A stretch of DNA of 64,000 bases from the NCBI RefSeq assembly GCF_038025025.1, contig NW_027117340.1:2108001-2172000 (forward strand), given 5' to 3'. The stretch is from Phyllosticta citribraziliensis. Taxonomy: Eukaryota. The notes under the pieces were generated by a model, which worked only from the letters and a program-made list of their open reading frames with translations, searched no databases and was not told where the DNA came from. Made by a program: the position numbers and the translations under genes. The stretch's first letter is position 1. Every line of letters starts with the position of its first letter. Below are positions 40,136-53,567 of this stretch, one piece after another.

Positions 40136-40969
40136 ATGACCATGCTCTTCAAATCCAAACTTCTGCTCAGCCTGCTGAGCTTGTGTCCCACATCACTGGG
40201 CTTTTCTCAACTCAAGTCGAGGGACACTGCTCTGACTGGCCTTTACACCTTGACATCCTATGCCCCAGGAAACGCCACGCTCAACGGAGGCAAATTTCAA
40301 GGCCGGGGAGGTCTCCTCATTCCTAGAATTGGCTCGTACTGTCCGTCGTTTGTCGGAACTTCGTGCCCAAATGGCACCGACAGCGTCTTCAGCAACTCTC
40401 TCTATCCGGTAAGCCCCTGCATTCTTCACCCTGCCCCGCATGTCCACCTGATGCCACAGACTTGGGGCTCAGGGCACATACCACACATATCTCTATCCTC
40501 ACCCAGCAATAGACATGCCACAGAGCGCAAACTAACATGGCACACACAGTCCTCAATGGTGCCCGGTGGCCAAGATCTCTACGTCGACGTCAACGGCCAG
40601 ATAGGCATCACCGTGCAGCACTCGCACAGCATCCCCTACGGCGCATATTGGTCGTACCAAGGATGGAACTGGGTGGCGCTGGAGCAGTGCAGCGGCAACC
40701 AGTGCGGCTGCCCCGTCGGCGACGCCCGCTACAACTGCACCAAGCCCACCGGCTACTTCACCTTCAAGGCGCCGCCGCCGTTCAACGGCTCCAACCCTCC
40801 AGGCTACGTTGGCGGCGTCATGGCCTGTCCCTCCCCGTACGACCCCACCGGCACCCAGCTGCTGGCCTGGGCCGTCACACCCCAGTTCAACCAAAGTGGC
40901 TGCACGCCCATCGTCGGGCTGGGGACTCATCCTTACTCGGGAATCAACCCGCCCGTCTGGTCGTACTGA
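40136..40969 (+). CDS. Secreted Cys-containing protein similar to fungal IgE-binding/cell-wall proteins, 2 exons
   Basis: Signal peptide; SYCP..CP.G..VF and VPGGQDLYV..GQIG.T..HS..IP motifs. Intron 40409-40549 (GTAAGC...CTAAC...CAG). Confidence 0.75.
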   Translation: MTMLFKSKLLLSLLSLCPTSLGFSQLKSRDTALTGLYTLTSYAPGNATLNGGKFQGRGGLLIPRIGSYCPSFVGTSCPNGTDSVFSNSLYPVSPCILHPAPHVHLMPQTWGSGHIPHISLSSPSNRHATERKLTWHTQSSMVPGGQDLYVDVNGQIGITVQHSHSIPYGAYWSYQGWNWVALEQCSGNQCGCPVGDARYNCTKPTGYFTFKAPPPFNGSNPPGYVGGVMACPSPYDPTGTQLLAWAVTPQFNQSGCTPIVGLGTHPYSGINPPVWSY

Positions 40970-41620
40970 GTGCGCTGTGTGGGGCAGGAGACGCGGCATG
41001 GAGCGTGGTTGTGTTGGCGGGGGAGAACAAAAGAATGACGCGCGTGCAGCGCGCGCTGGATGGACGGCTGGCTGCTTCTCGTTGCCCTTCTTCGTCTGCG
41101 GTTCTCTTGCATATCTAAAATTCTTGATCTGTGGCTTTCCCCGCATGCTTGATTCGGAAGTCTATTTGTGCGCGCATTGCGAGTTTGTGTTTGCATTAGT
41201 CTTCAAGGGAGAGTGTCACGGTGTCGAGGTAATCGAGGACTGGGGCAACTCAACTTGTGACAGATCCTCATGTGAGCTTTGTGGGATGTGAGCCTTTCAA
41301 TTGACGACTCGTCCAGTTTTATCGCAAGGCTGGGCACCGGGTCTCGATCTGGACGCAGGGCTGAGTCCGTCGAAAAACCTGGGGATGCCGCCCGATATGG
41401 ATCAAATTCAGGGCCTCTCCGACACGAGTCTTCAGCCCCACGCGACACAAAGGTCAAGACGAATTGTCTCAGTCAAAGCATGTGCGACTCAAACCTTCAT
41501 TGAGCAACAATATTCATCGACGCCATGCGTAATAGAATCTTATTGAGGGTATCACCTTTTACTTGACAAACGCTCAAAACTCTCCTCCCTCCACTCGCCA
41601 TGCTCTTGAACCGCTTTCAT

Positions 41621-44569
41621 CTACACATCAATCCTATCAAAGGTGTACTTGCCGACATTCATGCTGATTTGTTTGCCGATGTCCCTCTTGGTTCTCTGCT
41701 TGACCTCGCCACGAAGGTTGGTCGAAGTCATGCTGATAGCATTCGTGACCTTGAAGCCAATAGGCAAGATGGGGTCTTCGACTGTGTGTACCGTGATTGG
41801 CTTGCCCTTGGCGCCGAGACGGGCGGCCGTGGGAGCACGTTCTCTGCCTCTTTGGGCGCTCTCAAGTTTGGAACGGTAGCGGACGAAGTCGTTCAGCAGA
41901 CCCTTCATAAACTGTGCTTCGTGAATGCCCTCGAGCGCAGCAGAAACCTCCATGCGCAGGTTGTGGACCGTTTCGGACTTGGCGTCAGCGCCAGAGGTGA
42001 GCCACCCGCCTGCGCCAATTGCGTCGAGCGCACAGCCGAGGAGGTCGGCGATGATGGCGATAGCCCGGTCAGACGGGTCGCCAAAGTCGTTGTTCTTGTG
42101 CGGGCCGTCTTGAAGGTAGGTGTTGATCCAGCCCCCTTCGTGCAACTCCATGCGGAGGATGTCGAGGAGGAAGATAATTTCCTTATGGGTGAGAGAATCG
42201 CGGAGGGTTTGCGTGACAAGAGGTGCTGGGGAGGCGTGGAGTTTTGTGAGAGCCTCAAGAAGAGAGTGAGAGCGCACGAGAATGCCGTGGTCAACAAAGG
42301 ATTCGGCACGCGCAAGAGCCCAGGCAGCCGCGTCGGCCTCGGTCTCAAAAGCTTTTTCCTCGTCTTCTGTGTTCGCAGCATCTTCTCCAGAGTCGTTAGG
42401 GCGCGCGGTGAGCTGGCCCTTGATTTCGGGGAAAGACGTGGTCTCCAGGCTTTGAATAAGGACTTTGATTGCCTGCACGATGAGATGAACATCTAGGGCA
42501 GGGTGGCCTTTCAGAACGTCGCAGAGGAGTTGCATGCCAGGGTCAAACTGGATGATTGAAGCAATGACGTCGCTGGCAGTTATTGTCTGAACGCCCGTCG
42601 TATCCTGTCGCATGGCTTGCCTGATCATGTCGGTGGCCAGGAAACCCGTCCAGATGAGCCATTGGAAGGCATTCGGGGGAAAGAATCGTATTCTCAAAGT
42701 GGTGTGTTTTGACGACTCGGCCACCATGAGGTCCTTCTTTTCAGACGAGAGCGCAAAAACCTTTTTCAGCAGATAAACAGCCTTGTGGCGCTTGGTCTGC
42801 AGATTGACGTCCCATGCAGATGTCGGAAAGTTCCACTCTGGGAGCTGGTCTTCTGAATCATCCTCTGTCGACTCGACCTTGACGTCCTGCGCATCTCCGT
42901 TTGACGTGGGAGCCTCGTTGGTCCCGTTAATCCCATTGGCCTTGGTCTCTGACGGCTTGCCATCCTTGCCCTTCAAAGGAATCCCGACCTCTTTGGCAAA
43001 CAGCTCCTCAAAGTTCTTGACATCGTCCTCCTTGATGAATGCATCTAGTTGCTTACGCGAACTTTGCCATTCTTTGCTGGGAGCATCGGCTGGGTTGATG
43101 AGGCAGAGTCCCAGGGGATACGGTCCTGTCGATGGTGCGTCAATGGCCTTTGCCTTGTGTCCTACGCCTTTGCCGATTGCGTCGATCAGCAACCCACCGC
43201 GGACCTTAGCCCGCTTGGATGGAGTGAGATCAGTGCCGACTTGGAGCCCGACAAGTTCGTCGTTTGCCAAACCAACGACCATACCGAGGTCGTGAACGTA
43301 GTGCAGCAGCGTCATGAGGACGGGAGAGTCGAGAGAAATGGACTGTTTCCTCTTTTTCCCTTTGCTGCTCTCGCTCTTTTGGCCGAGTGGAAGGATGGCT
43401 TGGACAGAGTTGTATTTGACGTCGTACAGACCGCAAGACACCGGCGAAACGGCCATGAGCAGCGATGAGGACACGCGGACGAAGTTTTGAAGCGGGGTTC
43501 CAGGCACGGTCAGCTCAGACTTGAGGCAGGGTGTGGTGTTCGAGAAGTCGTGTGTGTAGATTGAGCCGGCAGAGAGCTGATAGAGCAAGCCCGTCGAGAC
43601 GTGCAGGGAATACGATGGTGCTGAAGTCTCCTTGGTATCCTCGACACCCGTGCGTGGGACGGGCAAGTCCAGAAGATTTTGCACGACCGGTCGATTCAGC
43701 GTGATACCCCCCATGGTCTTTGCTCGGACGCAAAATACGCGCAGCGTGCGGTCTGCGGAGCTCTGGTCTGCAGGACGGGTCACCATACACAGCAGGGTGG
43801 TGTTTTCCAACGCCTCCGAATCTCCAGCCACGGTAGGGTCTAATGCCGCGATGACATCCTCTCGGCTCTTGAAAAGTCCACGCCGCGCCGTGTTTGCATC
43901 AGTGTATATAGCGTATTCCACCTTGCTTCCCTGGTTACCCTGGGTCGATCCGGTCTGGAGTCCCTTGGCCGACGACTTTTGGGTTTGAAGATCGGCGGAA
44001 AGACAGTCGATTTGACCATCCTCGTACAAAACGACGACTTCATGGGTGTCATCAGAATCCTTCAGTGGAAGAACCTCGACTGAAAATACGTTGCTGGAAG
44101 TCGAAGCGATTGTGTATGAGGTCTTCTCCGGATTGCCGGTGGGTGTGTTCTGGACCTCCTCTGCGAAGCAAAGGATTTGGCGCCTGGCGCTTCCAGAGCT
44201 TTCTCTGACGGCACCATAGGTGTAGCGTTTCGCAGGGCGCTGCTTTGATGCTTTCGAGTATACTGAGAGTGGTGGTGCGGTGAAGGTAATCTGGGGAGCG
44301 AGCGCATACGATGTGATCAGGCGCGGTGTTTGGATCTAGGCTCAAAAGTTAGTCATTCCAGCACCTAGCATAGCAATGTGCACACCACTCACGCTATATA
44401 TGCTGAGGCTGTCTCCATCGACACTGACGGCGATTTCAGACCGCTTCCTCTTTCTCGCGCCGCTCAAGCTGTAGACGGTGGAGGCGAGCGTGCGGCCGTT
44501 GATAGGGTCGATGGGCTTTGGCAAGGATGCCAAGGTGTGGGGGGCTTCCAGCTCCTGGCCTGACGACAT
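41621..44569 (-). CDS. UTP8: Utp8-like SSU processome (t-UTP) protein, 2 exons
   Basis: N-terminal RKRKRSEIAVSVDGD, then one intron (about 44391-44337), then IQTPRLITSYAL and an open frame to C-terminal VGKYTFDRIDV, as in fungal Utp8-family proteins. Confidence 0.65.
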
Positions 44570-44949
44570 GGCGGGTTACTGGCCTGGGGATTGAGTGAAG
44601 AAGTCGCGGAGCCACAGAATGGCACGGATGAGGCAGACCAAGATGTCTGGTTGCGCCGCCGTGGACAAAAAGTTCGCGAGACACCGCGTCGGCCAAAATT
44701 TGTCCGACATGGATGGCGCATCTTCGGCTGATCTGCACGTTAGCGTGAAATGGGACCCGCTGAATCAGTCCGTCCGGTCGCGCGTCACTCTTTACGCGCT
44801 GAACGCGAACCCTAGTGCACGCTTCTCCACGACCACCTCTGCAACGCTCGAGCATCGCGCTCTCTGACGCTCCTGGCTTGTGGCTCTCTCACATCACCCA
44901 TCCTCTCGCAATCCTCCATCACCACAACCAAGACATGCCATCCTCGTGA

Positions 44950-47900
44950 ATGGTACACGCGGTCGCGCCTACAACGGCCATGAACCTGGGTAGCCAGCAG
45001 AGAGTGCACCCGTTTTTCACCAAAGCACAACGTATGGAGCCTTCTATGTGTAGAGGGCATCTTTCTGATACGCTTAGGACTTGACCCACACGAGCACCAA
45101 ACCGATGTTGAAACCTCGACCACAGAGCGTGCACCGAGAGATGAGAATCAACCGCATTCAGAAAATGCAAACGAGAAGCACAATTCTCGGGGCGACCCAT
45201 CAGGAGCTGTGGGAAGCACGATCAAAAGAAAGAGTGGTGAGGCTGTACCTTCCGAAAAGGTGAAGCAGACCTCGTTGTCTCTGTTCACAAAGACAAATGG
45301 CTCCGCAGCCTTGGAAACACCAAACACCGACGCGGGAGATGCGACTTCAGGGTTGGAGCCAGATGTCAATCACGACAGGCGGAAGCGGCAGAAGAGAGAG
45401 TCGCCCGTGGTCGTTATTCCTGTTCGACAGGTGACTAGCAATCGGGTCGAAAAGAAGCAAGAGCCAGATCAGGAAAGCTGGATTCAACAGTTGCAAGAAG
45501 AGGCGGCCAAAACCCAACTCGAGAATGAAACCTCTGCGTCGGTCACTGAGAATGTGCAGCAAAGCCCCCGTCATGGCACTGGTATCCCACCAGCATCTGT
45601 GCACGAGCATTCTGTAAACAACGTCGCCCCAACGCCATCTGCGCCCCCGTCTTCGCCGCCCAATGTTCCTATTTCGCCAGAGGACAAAATTGACAGCCCA
45701 CGAAGGTCCACGAGAAAGCGAACGAATAACGATGGCGATCCGTCTTCCATTGATCAAAAATCTCCTCCAAAAAAGATGCTGCGTCTGAACGCCCGCGGCC
45801 GATTCAGCTCCCCTGTGTCAACAGTGCCGAAGCCAGAGTCGGTTGTCGAAGACAAACAGAAGCGGACACGGAAGAAGACTGGCAAAGCCCCGAAGCAGCT
45901 CATTGCGAAGATGACCTACACCATTGGCGAAGAGTCCTCGCTAGCCCTAGACATTGATAACATCTTGGCCGGGACCTGGCGAGCACCAACATCAAAATCT
46001 TCCAAAGCGCCTGAGCTCCTGCAGCCAAAGAAAGCAACGGGTCCTCCGAAGCCAACGCATCCATTTTTCGCAAGTAAATCGACCAAGAAACGCAAGGACG
46101 AGGTCATGCCGGAGCCAGCCAAACTCGATCCCACACTCACGAGCATTCCGCACCGGCGGGAGTCGGCAATTACTCCCGGAAAACTACGAGCCCAGGCGGC
46201 AACATCTCATGGCGACAATCAGACTTCAAATTACTGCCCTAAGCCAGCAGTAAAGCGTGTCGGCATAGAAGCCCCGTGGCCGTGGAAAGGCATTGCTCGC
46301 GTAGATGGTGGCGGTGCACAAATACTCGATCTGGAATCGCAGCCCAGTACTGCGGTCTGTGGACGCCGAAAGCTCAAAAACAACATCTTTCGTGTCCCGT
46401 CAGAGGAAGACCTGATCTTCAATCTGACCCAGCAAATGAAGACTCACCTTTCGGAGGACTTGGATAGCTTCTCCCATTGCAAATACGGGGCACGATTTCC
46501 AACCCGATTGCTAACCACTGGCCCGGAAATTCAAGATCGAGTCCGGAAGCAATTGCGGGAAATGGTATCTTTCGATGAGGACGGAAATCCATTAGAATCA
46601 GCACATCCCCTTTTGAAAAGTCTCTTCGACAGAATCGCAGGCACCTTGACACCTTTCGACAAAGGAATCTGCGAATCCGTATCCTGGGTTCAAAAGTACG
46701 CCCCGAGGACGAGTGCCGAGTTCCTTGGATCTTCGATGGAAGTTGCCGCTCTCCGCCAGTGGCTGGAATCGCTCAAAATCTCTGCTGTCGAAGGCGGAAG
46801 CAATGGCTTGAAAGGGGGCGCGAAGAAGGGCGTTGCTTCCAAACCAGCAAAAAAGAAAAGGAAAAAGCACGACGAGATGGATGACTTTGTCATCTCTGAC
46901 GATGAATTGGGAGAGCTCGGTACCGCGGACTCTGAAGAAGCTGGTCAACTGGCCCTCCCAGCTGGGCAAAGGTCTATGATCCGGACGGGTGGTGACCGGG
47001 TTGGTGGTGGTCTAAAAACCCAGAATCTGATCCTGATTAGTGGCCCACACGGAGTGGGAAAGACTGCCGCCATCTACGCAGTCGCAAATGAGCTCGATTT
47101 TCAGGTCTTTGAAATCAATTCTAGCAGTCGTCGCAGCGGCAAAGACGTCCTAGACAGGATCGGCGACATGACTGCCAATCATATTGTGCAGAGAAAATCC
47201 AAAGAAGCCAATGACGTGGATACAGATCTGTCTACTGTTGATCGAGACTCGGAACGACTCGCGGATGCCCTCGAAAAGGATATCCAAAGTGGGAAGCAAA
47301 AGAGCATGAGTTCCTTTTTCAAGCCCAAAGGCCTGACGCAGTCAAAAGCAAAGCCACGATCCAAACCTACGACGAAGCCCAACCCCGAGAAGAGCTCTTC
47401 ACAGTCCACGCTGGGTGGCAAGCCAAAGCAGACCCAGAAACAGTCGGTGATTCTGCTCGAGGAAGTAGACGTCCTTTTTGCCGACGACAAGAGCTTTTGG
47501 CAGACCGTTGAGCACCTGGCCATTTCCTCCAAACGCCCAATCATCATGACCTGCACGGACGAGTCGCTTGTTCCGATTCCCGATGCTTCCTTGCACGCCA
47601 AATTGCGCTTCGCCCCTGCGCCCCAGCCTGTCATGAGCGATTACTTGCTGCTTCTAGCTGCTGCCGAAGGACATGTGCTTCAACATGAGGCCATCTCCAA
47701 GCTTTGTGAGAACAAGAACCATGACCTCCGTTCAAGCATCATGGAGCTCGACTTTTGGTGCCAGATGGCTGTTGGCGATCGAAAGGGAGGTCTGGAATGG
47801 ATTCATCCACGGTGGCCGCCTGGTCAAGATGTCGATGAGCGTGGCCAGACACTTCGCGTGGCTAGTCAAGGCACATACCAAGCTGGGATGGGCTGGCTCA

Positions 47901-48897
47901 GTCATGATGTCCTGTATGAGGACAACCATGTCGGATTTGATCGACAACACGAGCTCCTGCTTGAGCTGACGGACTTTTGGGGCTTTGAGCCTCGCTCGTT
48001 CAAACCTGCCTCCAGTAGCAGCCTCCTGGGTGTTTCGGACTCCATGACACTGCAAGACATGGAGCGCTTGACAGAGATGTCTAGTGCCACAGATGTGTAT
48101 TGCAGAGTCGATATGCCCGTCAGAAGCACGGTAGGGATCTGTACTGCTCCCTGTGATGGATTCAGCTGACAGTACCACAGACCGCCATTGACCCTACCCA
48201 ACCTCCTTTGCCTGAAAAAGCACGCTCCAATCACTTGGAACCGTACCGTGTTCTTCAAGCCGATCCCTTCATCGACTATTCTCATTTAGATACCCACATG
48301 GTCATTGCATCTCATCTTGCAGTGCAGCGTTCCTCCAGCGTACACCAAACCTCTTCTACCACATCCCTTGATCCGACCGACCTCATCCTCAGCCACCTCG
48401 ACCACAGTCGAAAATGGAAACCACCCACGCGACCCTCGTTCTTCGTCTTCGACCCTCTCGCTGAGCCTCCCGCCAACACGGTCTCAAGCATTTCACCCGG
48501 CCTCATCGCCTCTTCCTTTGACCGCAACTTTGCGATCATCACCACAGATCTCGCACCATACGTCCGCTCGATAGCCGCCTACGACCTGAAGCTGGAGAAT
48601 GAGCGCATCCAGAAGAGCAACCTCCTTTCCGCTGGTGGCAAACCCAAGCGCTCTCGCACAACGCGTGCTGCCCGGAGTGCGCAAGAAGGCGGGCGTAGAG
48701 AGCAGACACGACGCGAGCGATGGTTCCCGGCTAGCTTGAACTTGCGCGAGTGTCTCGAGAAGACGGCAGGAGAGAGCTGGGCTGGACTGGGCTCCAGGGC
48801 AAGGCCTGTAACGGCGGACGGTGAAGAGATCGACATCACGATGAGTGGCGGCACAGAGACTGCCAGTCCGGCTTCTACTGCCGAGTCCGCGGAGTAA
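44950..48897 (+). CDS. ELG1: Elg1/ATAD5-like RFC-type AAA+ ATPase (PCNA unloader), 3 exons
   Basis: WVQKYAP, Walker A GPHGVGKT, FEINSSSRRSGK, Walker B ILLEEVD and SKRPIIMTC. Exon 1 (VHPFF) is joined by an intron at about 45031-45077; the last intron is at about 48131-48180. Confidence 0.85.
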
Positions 48898-49491
48898 GGG
48901 GAAGGGTTTGGGGGGATTTGCTGCTTTGCTTTCGGGGCACACTTGCATGGCATTTAGAGCTAGCTCACGGCGTTTTTGCGGTACCCGGGGTTTGCTACAG
49001 GATCTGGACGTGCTCGTCGGCTCTCGCTATGGGCCGAGACATTTGCTTCACTATCACACTCCAATGGACATGGGAAGGACGGTCTGTTCCCAAAAGTTGC
49101 TAGTCATGAGGTAAGGGAGGAACTTGAGCTTTACAAATAGCTTACATATCACGGAATGACAACTACCAACTACGAATGCTCCTTATCATCTTGCCTAATA
49201 GAGGGGTAGACGCCGATGGATGGTCCTGAGTACCCTCCAGCCAAGGGCAATTTGCATGCCTCCTGTGAATCCCTCGTCAAAGCGGACGTACGCTCCCTGT
49301 CCGTTCAGACATGGTTCGATGTTGATGTCTTTGCAACGACTTTTGCAGACAAGGCCTAAAAGCTGAAGGATTCGGAACCCGTCTCCTGCATGTTTTCGGG
49401 ACAAAAATTGCAGTGTGACGGACGACGGTGCCGGGTAGTCTCTTCCGATGCAGCCAGCAAGGTCGCGGAAAGATTGAGGTCAGAGAATACG

Positions 49492-49523
49492 TACATACAT
49501 ACATACATACATACATACATACA
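49492..49523. repeat. (TACA)8 microsatellite
   Basis: Directly visible tetramer run. Confidence 0.95.
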
Positions 49524-51108
49524 ATCAGTACCAGGACTTGGAGAGCCTGCAGCATCCGTGGCCGGCCGGTCAAAGCGGCGCTTACTCTGCAGAGGCGCGC
49601 TGGAGCCGCGTCTATAGCATTCGCCGTGCATCTTGCATCCGCCGGTCAAGACATGGCGAGATTGTGGCCACAAGCTGTGGCACACGGCGAGAGTGACGGT
49701 AAGGAGGAACAGGACACCCTGTAAACCTGAACGGAGAATTGGAAGGGAAGAGAAGGGGAATTTCTCTCCCAAGGTCAGGGAAAAGAAGCGTGAGGTCTCT
49801 CACATGTGAAGACGGTGAACAGTGAGTTCAAATGGAAGAGGCTCTTGTTGTGTGACACGAGAGTGTCCAAGCACCGGAAGCTGACCTCGTTGACCTCCTC
49901 GGAAACTCTTCTGCAGCATCCGCATTGAACCGTGCACCTGGTCCTCCGGGGCGGTTGATATGACATTCGACTGACGAAAGCAGTGCGACCTGAAAACTTT
50001 ACTTGAGGCATCCAAACCACCGATATTCGGGATACACACACCCTCGGGGTTTTGGATGGTGTACTTTTCCCAACAATCCTGGAAGATTGGTCCAGTGGCT
50101 GTTGCCGTGCAACGCGAAGCTTCTGCCACGCAGCAGGCGGCGTGACAGCAGGCGGCAGACGTGTCGAATGAAGAAGCAATCTTCAGCGCTATCATCAGGG
50201 TCGGCGATGCAGTGAACCCGGGGGTGCGGACAAGGACTTGAAGAAATGAGGGTGGCGGCAGGATTCTTCAGCACCGGCGGCGCGGGCCGCGTAACCTGCG
50301 TGACGAAACGAGACCGAGGGCGTCAGAGGAGCGGTGGGAATGGACCTCGAAGTGGACGTGTGCATGCAGGTTGACGATGACCGGGGCCATATTCTTCGTG
50401 TCAAGCGTGCAGAAGATATGCTGTGGTACGCTGGCGCATTCTCAACGACCGCAGGCGGCGACGATGAGACGACAGTCGTGATCCGATGTGTCACAGTCGC
50501 GTTGGGTCGAGATGGATGGAGGTGAGTTGTTCGGCGGTGAGGAGGTCGAGAGAAGTAGTGCATGGTTTGGGCGGCGCGGAAGTGATGGGCACTTCCCTGC
50601 GGCCATGGCCATGATCGACGAAATCCAGGGAGGGAGCCAGGAACGAGACGGGACAGACGTGATGTTGTTTGCTGGGATGGGCCGTCTGACGGCGGCAGCC
50701 CGAAGATTGAAGGAAACCAAAGCGCGTCGCTGGCCGTCGTCTGTGGGCCACCGGATGTTGCTCCACGACCTCACACCCTCTCCCCGTCCAGGTTACCGAA
50801 CCTTGAGCCTCCTGGCAGAATCTCCCCTCCCCCCGCTCCACCTGCACACTGCAATAAGGTGATGCTACCATAGCGCTAGAGTCGACGTGCAGTGCAGTTG
50901 GCGCGACTAGCCTGGCGCCGCTTCCTTCTCGTCCACCGCCATCACCACACCCACATGGCTCATCCGCCGACATTCAAAACTGAGCGACCAGCATGGCTCC
51001 CTCGCCATCTTGGCAAACCATGCTCTTCACGTAGCCTGTCTGAAATTTAGCTTTCCGCCGCTCCTCCTCTTGCTCATTCTTCTCTCTCGGGCCCGAGCCT
51101 TCTTTGTC

Positions 51109-52866
51109 ATGGACACCAAGGAATTTGCGGCTCACTCACTCCACTTGGTATGGAACTGTCCAACACTCTTCCTCGCTTCTCACTGACCAGCAAACAGCCA
51201 GCGTCGAAAGGATCCTCTTTCACCACCATCGACGGCACTGAGGCTTTCAACGAGGCCAAGCTGAAGGAACCGCCCCAAGCTTTTAGCAAACCTAGTTTAA
51301 TTCTTCACCTCTGCTGCCTCGTAGGCTTCTTCTGTTCCACCGTCAACGGCTACGACGGATCGCTGCTCAACGGCTTGCTCATCAACGATGCATTCAAGAC
51401 CTTCTTTCATGGATCCGAGGACGGTCTTTGGGCGGGAATCGTCACCTCCATCTACCAAATAGGCAGCGTGGCTGCTCTCCCGTTTGTCGGCCCCGCTATC
51501 GACAAATTTGGACGCAAAGGTGGGATGCTCATTGGCGCTGCCATCATCATTGTCGGGACCATAGTCAATGCCACGACATACTGGAGTGCCAGTATTGGCC
51601 AGTTTGAAGCTGGCCGCTTCATTCTGGGTTTTGGCGTCTCCATCATGCAGACCGCCGGACCCATGTACGTTGTGGAAACGACACATCCTGCCTACCGCGG
51701 TGGTAAGTGATTTCTGAAGAGGACACACAGCACAGAAGCTGACTCGCCGATAGTTGTTACCGGACTGTACAACACATTTTGGTACGTCGGCTCCATGGTT
51801 GCCGCCGGGGCTGTTCGAGGAGCCATCAGCAAGCCCGGGAACCATTGGACGATACCAATCTGGCTGCAAATGCTCTTTTCGGGGTTGGTGATGTGCTTTG
51901 CGTGGTTCTTGCCCGAGTCGCCGCGCTGGCTGTACGCCAACGGCCGCACCGACGAGTGTCGTAGAGTCCTGACAAAATTCCACGCCAACGGCAACGAAGA
52001 CAGCATCTGGGTGCGGCTGCAACTCAGAGAGTACGACGAATACCTGCGACTGGACGGCAGCGACAAGCGGTGGTGGGATTACCGCGGACTCTTTCGCGAT
52101 CGCGCGTCGTCGTACCGGCTGCTCTGCAACATTATCGTCGTGGTGTGCGGCCAATGGATGGGTGGTGGTTCGTACATGCCTTCTCACATGCTCATGGCGC
52201 TTTGCTGACTTGGGCCTGCCAGCCGTCCTCACATACTTCATGTCCTCACTCCTTACATCGGCGGGCTACAAGTCGGAGATGGACAAGGCCAACATCAACC
52301 TCGCGTACTCGTGCGAGCAGTTCGTCATTGCGATCATCGGCGCCCTCAGCGTCGACAAGCTGGGCCGGCGGGCGCTCCTCCTCTTCGCCTGCATTGGGTG
52401 CAGCATAGTGTGGATCGGCCTGTCGGTCGCAACGTCGCAGTACGACCTGCGGCAGGACGCCGCCTCGTCCAAGGCGGCCACGGCCATGATCTTCCTCTTC
52501 GGCGCCGTCTTCAGCTTCGGCATGACGCCCATGCAGGTGCTGTACCCGGTCGAGGTGCTCAGCTTCGAGCAGCGCGCAAAGGGCATGGCGCTGTCGAGCT
52601 TCGCCGTCAACGCCGCCGCGCTGCTCAACCAGTTTGCCTGGCCCGTCGCCCTCAAGAAGATTGGCTGGCGCACCTACATCATCTTCGTCGTCTGGGACGC
52701 CGTCCAGGCTGTCGTCATTTACTTTTTCATCCCCGAGACCAAGAATCGTACGCTCGAGGAGTTGGACGACATTTTCAACGCCAGGAGCCCGCGCAAGGAG
52801 AGCACGAGGAAGAAGACGGTGGCGCTCAATGGCGAGAAGACGGTCGTCATGGGCGACGAATCGTAA
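51109..52866 (+). CDS. Sugar porter (MFS), lactose permease / cellodextrin transporter-like, 4 exons
   Basis: NGYDGSLLNGL, DKFGRK, YVVETTHPAYRG, PESPRWL, VDKLGRR, YPVEVL..RAKG and PETKNRTLEELD. Intron 1 is 51148-51197. Confidence 0.93.
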
Positions 52867-53471
52867 TCAGCGTGGATCGATCGCGAGTCTTGCTGCATAC
52901 ATGGTTGTTTGTGAAGCGTTCTGGCATATTTTTTCGGGGGGGGTGTTGTAGAGGAGCACAGCGCTGGGTTCAACAGGAGTCGGGTCAATATTGAGCAACA
53001 ATGGCGAATAATCGACATGGACATCAATCTGCACGCACAAAGCCTGCCCTTGCGTCAATAGTTACATCTCTGACGATGGAGTCTTCTCCGGCTTCGGCTC
53101 TCTGCAGATATACTCATCTCGGACACTGGCGCAGCCGGCGCCGTCCGTCACGATGCGAGGAATCACGTCGCACAGGCGGACAAACAACGCGCGCGAATCT
53201 CCTGGCGTCAAGGCGACACACACCGCTTGACGCAGCACAGAGGCCCGTTGGAAACGTCCCGCAGCTCCGCGCGCGGCGCGGTTGCGCGACCCACATGCAA
53301 AAAGCAGACATGAAGTTGGTCGGTTTGACGCCGCGTCTGGCGGCTGCACGACACGACGTCTTCACCGCCACCCGAGCCATCCCTTGCTGGCGTCCAGCAG
53401 AAGCCCCACTACTTGGTCGTGCAGAATGGGAGAGCAAAAAAAAAAGAAAAAAGAAGGCAAAAGAGATTGCA

Positions 53472-53567
53472 CGACACAGACAGGACTCGAACCTGTGCGG
53501 CCGAAGCCATTAGATCACACCGAATGAGAATTCGAGTCTAACCCATTAACCACTCTGGCACTGTGCC
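53472..53567 (-). tRNA. tRNA-Ser(CGA) with a 15-nt intron
   Basis: Minus strand GGCACAG...TTAGA-CT-CGA-A[TTCTCATTCGGTGTG]ATCTAA, long variable arm TGGCTTCGGCCG, T-loop GGTTCGAGTCC, acceptor CTGTGTC+G. An oligo-T Pol III terminator lies downstream (about 53436-53452). Confidence 0.95.

Noticed and set aside
31948..40969. Laccase + Ssu1-like + F-box + secreted protein as a functional cluster
   Set aside because: No shared pathway logic or shared motif seen; consistent with ordinary gene order.
41600..42496. 298-aa + strand ORF
   Set aside because: Codon-register antisense of the UTP8-like CDS.
51297..52241. 314-aa minus strand ORF
   Set aside because: Antisense to the sugar porter; explained by codon bias.
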